NCBI RefSeq assembly: GCF_963921235.1
Contig: NC_086097.1
Coordinates: forward strand, 74,216,001-74,280,000
DNA: 64,000 nucleotides
Source of the DNA: Mobula hypostoma
Taxonomy: Eukaryota
Direction: 5' to 3'
Both the position numbers and the translations under genes were made by a program. Each line of letters opens with the position of its first letter. Within the stretch, counting starts at the first letter, position 1. Positions 39,411-50,784 of the stretch are shown here, piece by piece. A model generated the notes under the pieces. That model was not told the origin of the DNA. It was given only the letters and a program-made list of their open reading frames with translations, and ran no database searches.

Positions 39411-40469
39411 AATGACAGTGAAGCATAGAGCATAGAATAGTCCAGCACAGCACAGCACAGCACAGGAAAAGACTTTCAGCCCACAGTCTTACATGTGCTG
39501 ACTGTGATAACAATCTAATCTAATTCCATCTGATCCACTGGATAATAAAACAGTACAGGAAGTATTGAAGTGTGCAAAACAATAAAATATTTGCACATTT
39601 GAATGGAGACATTTCCCTTGGTCTTAGTGTTCTCGAAAAAGTGTAGAAAAAGGGATTCCTACTGCAGATTTCGACTTAAACTTCATTCTCTCAAAATATT
39701 GCCGATTTCAATATGCGAAATAGGCACAGAAAAATATTCGATGACGATACAGCAGAGTAATTGTCCATTTGATCCACAGTCCACGTAGCATTTATACGCC
39801 ATTATTCTTCATCTTAATCTATTGATCTTTCCAATTATATTTTGGAAATTTGCTTGCCCTGCCTCTTGGATTTTAACAATTACCAATCCTGTTTTCATCA
39901 ATTCAAAAGATCTAATGAAGTAATTATTCCTACCAATTCGATTTCAGACAGTTTTTTTTTGAGATACTGATGTCCAATCCAGTCCTTGGCAAAATATAAA
40001 GTTGCCTAAAATACATCAGAAACTCCATAAAGGTGGCTTACAACCAATATCATGTACAGTTCCAGACAGGCCCTCACCCATTTTAGCACGGCTAGGATCA
40101 TTTTATTACACAGTAATTTGAGAAGAGCATCAGCTGTTTAATAGATGCTCCACTTGGCAGCCAGACAATAACAGCACAATGCCTGCTGTGGAGGAGAGAG
40201 TAGCTACAAGAGAAGGAGAGAGAGCACCAAGTTTTGCTCAGAGAACCATAATGCACTGGTCAATGAGATGGAGGGCACTGGTGAGACCTAAGGCATCGGG
40301 GGACCAAGTCACTTCAACTGATCATTGACATTCTGTCCAAGCGTCCTGCAGACACAGGGGCCAAGACTTCACATGGAAGGGTCACTCAGTTACCTTCATC
40401 TCCTCTAATTAGACAAATTCAATGAGGAATAAAGAGGAGCCTACTTTGAATCTATGCAGTGCTGAGCAT

Positions 40470-43402
40470 AATAGAGCATTGACCAGTGACCAATCTGGAC
40501 ATGAAGATTGAGAGGAGGGGATTTCTATCAGGTCCACTGCCTAGTAGAGCAAGCGGGTCACAGCAACGTAATTGAGCATTGACCAGCGACCAGTCTGTGT
40601 TTGTGATTGATTAGCAAGAGCAAATTAAAGCATGGCAGGAGCAAGTGTTGCAGCCATATTCTCATATTCTGAGTGGACAGAGTCAGAGTGGTGATCTTGA
40701 GGCTTTAGCTCTTCGAGTCTTCAGCAAAGTCAGTCAGAGAAAACAAAATAAAAAGAAAAGCTCCAGGTTAAGTATTTTTTTCCTTTCCTTTCTTTATATT
40801 TTCTAATCTAGGACGAAGAGATGCCAGGCAGGTTAGTGGAATGCTCCTCTTGCAGGATGTAGGAAGGCAGGGAGACCTCCAGTGTCCCTGATGACTACAA
40901 CTGCAAGAAGTGCATCCAGCTGCAGCTTCTAACAATCCACGTTAAGGAACTGGATGAACTCCAAATCATCTGGGAGACTGAAAGGGTGATAGATAGGACA
41001 TGTAGAGAGGTAGTTACACCCAAAGTGTAGGACACAGGACGCTGCTGGGGTGTTGACCTGATGTAGGAAAGTCACAGCGGTCAGCTCTCTGGCACTGAGT
41101 CTGGCTTTGTGACTCAGACGGGAGGTGGGGGGGTAAGAAAAGGCAAATTTTCTTTTGTGTTAGGCAATTCATTAGAGGAATGGACAGGAGGTTCTGTGGA
41201 CGAGAATGGGATTCCCAGATGGTACATTGCCCTCCAGGTGCTGGGTCTGGGACATCTCGGATCAAGTCCTCAGCATTCTTAAATGGGAGGGTGGACAACC
41301 TGAAGTTATGGTCCATGTAGATACCAATGACATGAGTAGGATGAGTAACGAGGTTCTGCACAGGGAGTTAGGTGCTAAGTTAAAGGGTAGGACGTCCAGA
41401 GTTGTGATCTCAGGATTGCTACCCGTGCTGGGAGGGAGGGCTTAAGATTTTTGAATAATTGAATAATCAGGGAAGGTGGGACCTGTACAGAAGGGATGCT
41501 TTGCACCTGAATTGGAGGGGTCTAATATCTTAGTGGGAAGGTTTGTTAATGCTGCATGGTGGGGTTTAAACTAGAGTTGCAGGGGGATGGGAACCAGAGT
41601 GCCAGAACAATCAGTGGAGAGGTTGTGGAGGCAGATGTTGGTAAGCTCTCAGATAAAGTCAAGAATTAAAAGGTTGAGCATGGTGCAACTAGTGTCCTGA
41701 GTTGTGTATATTTCAGTGCAAGTAGTATCATAGGAATGGCAGATGATAGTGCTGAAGATGAGGTACCTGGTTTACAAACCAAAGCAATACGTAGCGAGAA
41801 AAGGCTGTTGATAGGGCAAAATTTCAGTCAACAGGATGAGTTGCAATGTAAAAGGCGGACGAAATTGAAAAGGGTGAATACAGAACTGAATGTGTTATAT
41901 TTTAATGCGTGCAGTACATGGAATAAGGTAGATGAACTTGTAACACAGTTACAGATTGACATGTATGATGTCGTAGGCATCACTGAATCATGGCTGAAAG
42001 AAAATAATAACTGGAGGCTTAATGTCCAAGAATACACATTGTATCGAAAGGACAGGCAGGAAGGCAAAGGAGGCAGTATTGCCCTGCTGGTAAAAAATGA
42101 AATCAAATCATTAGAGAGGAGCGTCACAGGGTCAGAAGGTGTTGAATCATTGCAGATAGAGTGAAGGAACTGCAAGGGTAAAAGTACCCTGATAGGAGCA
42201 GTATACAGAGCCCCAAACAGTAATAAGAATGTGGTCTACAAATTACAACAGGAAATGGAAAATGCATGCCAAAAGGGCAGTGTTACAGTAGTCGTAGGGG
42301 ATTTCAATATGTAGGTAGTTTGCGAAAAATCAGGTTGCTGCTGGATTCCAAGAGGCGGAATTTCTAGAAAGCCTACAAGATGGCTTTTTAGAGAAGCTCA
42401 TGCTTGAGCCCACTAAGGGATCAACTATTCTGAATTGGGTGTTGTGCAATGAACCAGGAATGATTAGAGAGTTTAAGGTAAAAAAACTCTTTGGAGAAAG
42501 TGTTCATAATATGATTAAATTCACCATGAAATTTGAGAAGGAGAAGCTAAAGTCAGATGTATCAGTATTACAGTGGAGTAAAGGGAATTATAGAGGCATG
42601 AGAGAAGAGTTAGCCAGAATTGATTGGAATAGAACACTGGCAGGGATGATGGCAGAGCAGCAATGGCTGGAATTTCTGGAAGCAATTCAGAAGGCACAGT
42701 ATACCTACTGTACATCCCAAAGAGGAAGAATTATTCCAAAGGTAAGATGATAGGACCATGGCTAACAAGAGAAGTCAAAGCCAACATAAAAACCAAAGAG
42801 AGAGCATATAATAAAGTAAAAATTAGTGGGAAGTTAGAGGATTGGGAAGCTTTTAAAAACCAACAGAAGGCAATTAAAATAGTCATTAAAAAGGTAAAGG
42901 TGAAAGATGAAAATAAGCGAGCCAGTAATATTAAAGAGGATACCAAAAGTTTCTTCGGATACATAGACCACTATCCAACAATGCTAGAGAAGTAGTGATG
43001 GGGGACAGACTGAATAAGTATTTTGCATCAGTCTTCACTGTGGAAGACACTAGCAGTATGATGGAGGTTCCAGATGTCAAAGGTCATGAAGTGTGTGGTT
43101 ACCATTTCTAGAGAGAAGGTTCTTGGAAAACTGAAGGGTCTGAAGGTAGATAAGTCATCTGGACCAGATGGTGCATACACCAAGGTTCTGAAAGAGGTGG
43201 CTGAAGGGATTGTGAACCCATGAGTAATGATCTTTCAAGAATCATTAGATTCTGGAATAGTTCCTGTAGTCTGGAAAATTGCAAATTTTACTCCACTCTT
43301 CAAGAAGAGAGAGAAGCAGAAGAAAGAAAACTATGGGACAGTTAGTCTGACCTCAATGCTTGGGAAGATGTTGGAGTTGATTATTAAGGATGAAGTCTCA
43401 GG
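40470..43402 (+). mobile_element. Long CR1 copy: 5'UTR, ORF1 (Cys-rich N-terminus and SGNH esterase), ORF2 APE and start of RT; 3'-truncated
   Basis: ORF1: VECSSCRM..YNCKKCIQLQLL, EVMVHVDTND, VVISGLLPV, LHLNWRG. ORF2: LYFNAC..NKVDEL, DVVGITESWL, YRKDRQEGKGG, VVGDFN, PLFKK. Confidence 0.9.
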
Positions 43403-43478
43403 GTATGTTATTTTCACTTTATATTTGCTAGTTGTGTCTTTCACTGTGTGCTATACAGTGTATTCACACATCCCTTTA

Positions 43479-43768
43479 TTAGCCTCAGAATAGAGGGGTG
43501 TCCTTTTAGAATGGAGGTGAGGAGGAATTTCTTTAACCAGAGAGTAATGAATCTGTGGAATTCTCTGCCACAGGCACCTATGGAGGCCAAGTCTTAATGT
43601 ATATTTAAGGCAGAGGTTGATAGGTTCTTGACTGGTCAGGGCATGAAAGGATACAGGGCAGGAGATTGGGGCAGAGAGGAAAATAGGATAGGCCATGATG
43701 AAATAGTGGAGTAGACTTGATGGGCCAAATGGCCTAATTCTGCTCTTATTTCTTGTAGTCTTATGACC
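43479..43768 (+). mobile_element. CR1 3' end fragment
   Basis: MEVRRNFFNQRVMNLWNSLP plus 3'UTR and tail similar to the reverse complement of 8983-9300. Confidence 0.85.
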
Positions 43769-45265
43769 TTTTGGACTTTTTTCTAGAAGAGTGGCCTTTG
43801 GGATACAAATCACAGGTTCTCTAGATATACTGCAATACTTAATTTCCCAAATTCATTTGCTATTAATGTTTACTATGATAGCTATATTCCTTTCAGTTTA
43901 AGTAGTTACAATCTGAGCTGCTACATCACCATAAATGTGTTTTGGTGGCAGTGTATGAGTGCAGTGTTTGCTTGGGTGTCTGTAGGATGTTGGGATCAGC
44001 ATTTGTTTACTCCTTCCCAGAAGAGAAGGAAACTGAATGGGAGAAACAAAAATGGAGACTGAAGGTAGAGGGAGACAGGATTATGAGGAAGGTCACCTCA
44101 GAGGCTAGATGTGAGGGAGGAAACCAGAGGGTTGAAGGGTTGCAAGTTGAAGGAAGATACACTGGGTATTGTAGGCTGCAATCCACATCAGGCATCAGGA
44201 ATCTGATGTGATTCTGATTGATCCAGCGGGCACAAATGAGGACTAGGCAGGTAGGCTGATAAGTGCATTATGCACCATCAAGACAATCTCCAGCCCAAAC
44301 ACCCAATGGCACACACTGTTGTCAGCCCAGTTTGGAGGAGAGTTATAAAGGACAGCAAGGCAGTCAGCAGCAACTGAAAGATTGAGAATTTGCCCTTAAT
44401 GTGAGTGTCTCTAACTTCATCTCACTTTCGATTTCACTGTCACCTTACACCAACAAGAAGTTGAAAAGGCTAAATGCCAAATGATAAACAAGCTCTATGG
44501 AGTGAGTGGCATCCTGTTGGTTTGAAAACTTAGCAGAGAGAACATGTGTTATAAATTCAGCTTCATTTTCTAAATCTGAGCAAGTTTCATATTGTGCAAT
44601 TGTCTGCAGGAAGGGATACAAGTCCAGTTGCTGGAATTATACTGCTGTCTGCTGGAGGGAAGACTAGAAGGCAAGAATCATCTTCAACCATCTCCTGTCA
44701 GTGACCACAGAATTACTCCTGAGTATCTCCATGAATGGATGTGACCTTCACTGCTCACCTTCTCCAAGAGAAGTACAAGGAGCATTATCAGCCACTGTAA
44801 ATGGCAGTTTTGACCTTAAACTTTTGACTCTGGTTGCCAAGGGAAACAGTGGAATGTGGAATTGAAAGAGCGGTGAATTATATGAGAAAATGGGCTTTAC
44901 ATTAACGCTCTGCAAAACAAAATTCCACATTGGGCTATTCTCACTGCTCCCTCAACAATGAAGTTCCACAAAGAAACCATGGAAATGTCAAATCTCTTTC
45001 TTCAGGAGGTCACCTTTCAGTAATCATACACTTTGAGAAAAAGCAACATTACTATGAGCACAGCTTTTAGCCATCTGAGGAAAGGAGTAGTCAAAAACTG
45101 TCTCACATCCATGTAAAATGTAATCCTTGCCCTCTAGTATGCTTTGGAGATCTGTACTACCCACATCCAGCACCTCCCTGCACTGCAGAGATGCCACCAA
45201 TGCTGTCTCTAGAAAATCCCCGACATCTAATGGCAGCATTAGCCTAGCAAGGTCAGTAATATTCC

Positions 45266-45393
45266 AAACAAGAGAAAATCTGCAGATGCTGGAGATGCAA
45301 GCAACAGACACAAAATGCTGGAGGAACTAAGATGGCCAGGCAGCTTCTATGGAAAAAAGTACAGTCGACATTTCGGGTCAAGACCCTTCAGCC
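45266..45393 (-). mobile_element. Solo Penelope terminal repeat, truncated inside the hammerhead core
   Basis: Minus strand reads GAAGGGTCTTGACCCGAAATGTCGACTGT followed by the family tail. TSD GGTCA(G/C)TAATATT at 45251-45263 and 45394-45406. Confidence 0.8.
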
Positions 45394-47315
45394 GGTCACT
45401 AATATTGTTTTCTTTTTCCTTCCTAGATTTCAGACATCAAGGCTCCAATTATACTCCAGTAAGTGGGCCAATCTTCCACATGCTTAACATTATAGTCCTG
45501 AAACATGCACTCTACAGTGGGCTCTGTTATAGCGATAATTTACAAAGAGGAGAAAAAGGTTTCAAAAAATGTTTTCAAAGCCTCTTTGAAAATACGTAAT
45601 GGCCCCATCAACTGATGGGACTTCCTGTCCTGTATCAGGTTGAAAGAGCAGCTGGGAAGACACCAAGGTTTACCTTCCTTAATTGACAACATAAAGCATT
45701 AAAAAAAGCACCTTTCTCACTATATACCCACATCCCCAGGGAAACACTTCCTGCCCCACTTTGTGGTTCACACATTGCTGTCATCAGTCACCCCACAACC
45801 CACGGAACTGAAATGGTACAAATTATCCTAATCCTGAGAGAGTAAAGCAGGCGTGGTTAAGTAATTGGCAGGCCCACCTCAATGAAGATATGGAGGTGTT
45901 CATCTCCAAGCTCTTACAAGAGGCTGTGCAGAGCCAGGGCACATTCATCTGTGCCTTCAGTCACCAAACCCAAATGACTGTGAGCAGTAGTCTGAAGCCA
46001 GCCAATCCAACCCAAATGGTTCTGTGCATTCAGAAATATCGTGAACTCTGTCTCGCAGGCCAATGCCAAAATATCCTTCCAGACGGTGAACCCTCACAAG
46101 GCATCATACCCCATCAGTGCATTTGGATGGGTACTGAAAAACAGGGCTGAGTAGCTGGCTGGAGGATTCTAGGACATCTTCAGTCTCTCACTGTTGCGGA
46201 CTGAGGTTCCCACCTGCTTTGAAATGGACTGCAACCGGTGCTTAGGTGATATTACGTCTACAGTAATGAAGTGTTTTAAGAAGTAGACATGACTAGAATT
46301 AACTCCTGCCAGACCTGGACCCGCAGCTTCTCACCTACTGCTGCAACATGTCTACAATGGAAACAATATCACTTGCTCTGCACCCTGCTTTCTGACAGTT
46401 AGACAAAAGCCACACTTATGTCAAGCTACCTTTTGAAGTTTCATGTTCAAAACCATCAAATTTCTCATCATGAAAGCCAATAACAATCAAATTCAGAAAT
46501 ATGATTCTGATTTTTGGTCATTAGGAGCACCAAAGACATTTTCACAGAGTCAAGTGTAAATAAGCAGCCTTCTGGCAGGCACTCAGGGTGCAGGGAGTCA
46601 GGGAGGGGTAGGTGGTTGTACCACTTTTCTGCATTCACAGATAAATAGCACAGACGTGGGAGATCCTGTCAAATCTCAGAGGCACAGGTTGTTAATGGAG
46701 TACAGTCAGTGAATGCACAGTGAGGATCTTATGAGATGACTACCTCTGCAACCAAATGCTTAAGAAGCAACTTCTGTTGGCTTAAGCGCACTCCGAGCTT
46801 TGAAAGGTATTTCTACTGTCTATACAATGAATTTGAAAGCTGACCAATCAGTCGTCCCAATATTTGCAAAAATTAATTGGAAACTAATATAATCAAGTAT
46901 CATGGTCGTTCCTAGTTACATCATAAATGTTCACAAAGATTTTAGGCTGCACCAAAGAGCCAAGTTAACTCATTAAGGAAGGAAACGTGTGTTATGGAAT
47001 CTGTGACAGCATTTGGTGTACAACAGATTGTGGGACATCATCAGATAGATGTACTGGGATGACCTGACCAATTATCTAATGTGCATCTGGCTAGCATGAT
47101 ATCTGCTTGATAAAATGGCTTTTTATGCAATAACCACCAATACAGCAACTTTACAAGCTTTCATCTCTGAGGTAATTCATGGACAGTTGCTTTGATTGAG
47201 GGCATCGGATATTCCCAACCCCATCTTGATGTAAATATACACAATTCACAACGGATTTTATTAATTCAAGGAAACAGCTTCCTTGCAGCTGATGGAAAGT
47301 TTTCATTCAAAAAAA

Positions 47316-48305
47316 TCAGCGAAACGATCTCCCAGTCTGTGTCGGGTCTTGCCAATATATAGAGGGCCACATCGGGAGCACCGGATGCAGTATATCACCC
47401 CAGCCGACTGACAGGTGAAGTGTCGCCTCACCTGGAAGGACTGTCTGGGGCCCTAAATGGTGGTGGGAGGAAGTGTAAGGGCATGTATAGCACTTGTTCC
47501 GCTTACAAGGATAAGTGCCAGGTGGGAGATCGGTGGGGGGGGGATGAATGGACAAGGGAGTCGCGTATGGAGCGATCCTTGTGGAAAGCAGAGAGATGGG
47601 GGGAGGGAAAGATCTGCTTAGTGGTGGGTCTCCCGATGTGGCCTTCTATATATTGGCAAGACCTGATGCAGACTGGGAGATCATTTTGCTGAACACCTAC
47701 ACTCTGTCCACCAGAGAAAGCAGGATCTCCCAGTGGCCACACATTTTAATTCCACGTCCCATTCCCATTCTGATATGTCTATCCACAGCCTCCTCTACTG
47801 TAAAGATGAAGCCACACTCAGGTTGGAGGAACAATACCTTATATTCCGTCTGGGTAGCCTCCAACCTGATGGCATGAACATTGACTTCTCAAACTTCCGC
47901 TAATACCCCACCTCCTCCTCGTACCCCATCCGTTATTTCTTTATATACACACTTTCTTTTTCTCTCTCTCCTTCATCTCCCTCTGTCCCTCTCACTATAC
48001 CCCTTGCCCACCCTCTGGGCTTTTCTCCCCCCTCCCACTTTTCTTTCTCCCTAGGCCTCCTGTCCCATGATCCTCTCATATCCTTTTTGCCAATTACCTG
48101 TCCAGCTCTTGGCTCCATCCCTCCCCCTCCTGTCTTCTCCTATCATTTTGGATCTCCCCCCTCCCTCTCCCACTTTCAAATCTCTTACTAGCTGTTCCTT
48201 CAGTTAGTCCTGATGAAGGGTCTCGGCCCAAAATGTCGACTGGACCTCTTCCTAGAGATGCTGCCTGGCCTGCTGCATTCACCAGCAACTTTTATGTGTG
48301 TTGCT
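47316..48305 (+). mobile_element. Penelope-like element (GIY-YIG end, 3'UTR, hammerhead) with inverted 5' segment (47316-47628)
   Basis: GLLYIG..R..LGD.F.EHL..DLPVATHFN..LRLEEQYLIFRLGSLQPDGMNIDFSNF. Cys-rich linker PPGTYPCKRNKCYTC on the minus strand. Pyrimidine-rich UTR, then AGTC CTGATGA AGGGTCTCGGCCC AAAATGTC GACT at 48206-48241. Confidence 0.9.
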
Positions 48306-48324
48306 GGAGACTGTCTGTCTTTGT

Positions 48325-48655
48325 TGCAGGTTGTTGTTCGTTCAATATTGTCGTCGATGAAGACCTCGACACCATGATGGTGTTGAGACTAGCACGTGAT
48401 TTGGATTTAAGTAAGGAGGAGTTGCGCAGCGTCAGCCTCACTCTCTCTTCCCAATTCCCATCTGGATCCACTGGCAAGACAGAGTTGAGACGGCTGGAGA
48501 TGGGACTAGGCACAATGGATGACCAGGACACCTTCTGTGTCTTGTCCTGCTCTACACGTTCCACGACGCTTGCAGAGACTGCGTTCTTGACCATTGGACC
48601 TTCCACTGGTCTTGTCCGCTCAGTCTGCCGGAGTCTGTCTTCACATGCTGGGTAT
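48325..48655. mobile_element. RTE-associated SINE/LINE-like segment
   Basis: GATTTAAGT..GAGTTGCGCAGCGTCAGCCTCACTCTCTC..CACTGGCAAGAC..GGATGACC..GTCTTCACATGCT resembles RTE-related repeats. Recalled similarity only, not searched. Confidence 0.4.
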
Positions 48656-48877
48656 CAGTATTTTGAACACTGTACAAAGCATTTTGTACATCAGTTTACA
48701 GAACATACCACGTTACACATTTGTGTTGTGCTGTATTGAATATTAGATGAAAATCTGAATAATTCCAAGTGACACTTTAGCTCTTTGTGAGCTTGCAGCA
48801 CGTAAGGTGTCTGTGCAAGTTAAACACTGTAGATTTGTTCAATGTTTGTTAATAGCAATTGTATTCTTACCCTAGAG

Positions 48878-49008
48878 GAGAAACTCTGCAGATGCTGGAA
48901 ATCAAAGTAATACATACAAAATGCTGGAGGAACTCAGCAGGCCAGGCAGCATCTGTGGAAAAGAATAAATAGTCGACGTTTCAGACCGAGACCATTTATC
49001 AGGACTGG
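48878..49008 (-). mobile_element. Solo Penelope terminal repeat with hammerhead remnant
   Basis: Minus strand reads CAGTC CTGATAAA TGGTCTCGGTCT GAAACGTC GACTA followed by the family tail. Confidence 0.8.
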
Positions 49009-49454
49009 TTTAGGTTTGTTTAGTGTTTGCTGATAGCTTCTGGATTTGTTCTTAGCCCGGGCACTAGTGACATGAAAACAAAAGACGAAAGGATTTATTC
49101 ATCTCTCCACCTCACAATGCTTGTGGATTGAACCCTACTTATTGAGGCACCTCTTGCTGAGTTCTTGGGACTTCAGCTAGTCCAACGATCATGATCAGTA
49201 GGTACCTAGGAGCCAGGGTGATTTCCCGAGTCAGAACTTGGAGCTCCCTCAACAACTGCGACAATCAAGTGGCGGCTGAGAATCATGAGCGTTAAATCTT
49301 TATGGGAATCTTTGTAACTTACGACATAGTATTTCATGTGGCTTATTTGTACTTTTGTTTATGGGAATAAGTTAGGCTTAAGTTACTTTGTTATGCTTGT
49401 ACACTTATTGTCACATCTGCTGAATACGCAAATTGGTTTGGGTCTTTTGTAACA

Positions 49455-50325
49455 GTTGTAACAGAAGTGGTTGAGCAGAGAGTACTGCAGCACAACTTAC
49501 CTCATGCCCCATGCAGCACAGAACATCGCATATCATTTTTGAAAGAAGGCTCCAAGTCAAGGGTGTACAGCGCAAGGCCACAACCAAGCATACTTTCTTC
49601 AGCCAATGATTGGTGTGTTAAGGCCGACCTGGATGGGAAAGGCAGTTTCCCGAAGCAAATAGATTTCACCACATTGCGTCCAGATATAATCGTATGGTCT
49701 GACACCAGTAGAGAGGTGGTTATTGGTGAACTCACAGTCCCCTGGGAAGACAACAACAATGAAGCCCATGAGTACAAGTTAACCAGGTATGTAGAATTAA
49801 GATCAGAGTTTAGAGACAGAGGGTGGAAGGTCTCATGCTATCCATTCGAAGTAGGTTGCCATGGCTTTATTGCATTCACTTTCCAGAAGTGGCTGCGTGA
49901 CCTTGGCTTCACTAGAAGAGAGATCAAATCAACCCGCAGGGCTGTAGCTGAGGCAGCAGAGACAGGATCATCATGGGTGTGGACCAAGTATGTCCAGAGG
50001 GGCAGATAGTCGGACAGTGTATCCATCTTTTGCAAACCCTTCAGTAGTTGCAAAGACACCTGAAGAATAGACTGTTGGATGGAAGTGACCAGCAACTCTG
50101 ATGAAGGCAGATGCCAAGTTTTTAAGCTCACCAGTGGGAGGTGGTGCTTTAGCACTGCTGGCTCACCACCTCAAGGGAGTCTTGATCATAAGTGGGCCGA
50201 AACTCCTGACGACAGGTTGCAGATCAACCGATGATCCCACTGGTGATAGCACAGGACAGTTAACATCTTAGTCCAAGTGTACTTTCAATTCTGGGTCTGA
50301 TCAATCTAGCCATTACAACACTGTA
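49455..50325 (+). mobile_element. HERO-like (R2 superfamily, RLE-type) non-LTR retrotransposon 3' fragment
   Basis: ORF 49467..50009 is open and encodes a restriction-like endonuclease (TTLRPDIIVWS...IGELTVPWE...AHEYKLTRY...PFEVGCHGF), followed by a 3'UTR. Confidence 0.85.
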
Positions 50326-50784
50326 ACTCACAGGTGTGGAACAGTTCAGCTGATCCTTAAAATTCAGTGTTTGCTCCGTGCAAGTGGGAGTTAGAAATAA
50401 CTAACATACTAGTAAGAAGAAATGTCATCTTGGCCACTGCACCTGTTTGAAATAAATAACTGTAAATTTCAACTTTAATAGCTAATGTGTTCAAAATAAA
50501 TTGGCCAATATTAGACCCATTGGCTATTATACACTGAAATCAAAATAGGACAAAATTAGGCTTTGTTCCAATACATCCCCTTGTAAATCTCCTAAAAGTT
50601 CCATCCCACGTTTTCTATTTTCAGCCTTATCTGAAACTGTTACTCTAAGAAAATAATAGCAAAAGAAATAAGTAAATATTCCTTGAATCTTTTAGTTGTG
50701 AGTTCACAAAACAGAAAGAGGTTCTGTACTTCCTTCTCACAGAAGAAAACTACTTGTTTACTTAATATAAGACTTCTAGTTCAA

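Noticed and set aside
50180..50240. Hammerhead ribozyme in the HERO 3'UTR (GAAA and CTGACGA present)
   Set aside because: No stem I can form between the putative cleavage triplet and the CUGANGA box, so the topology does not fit.
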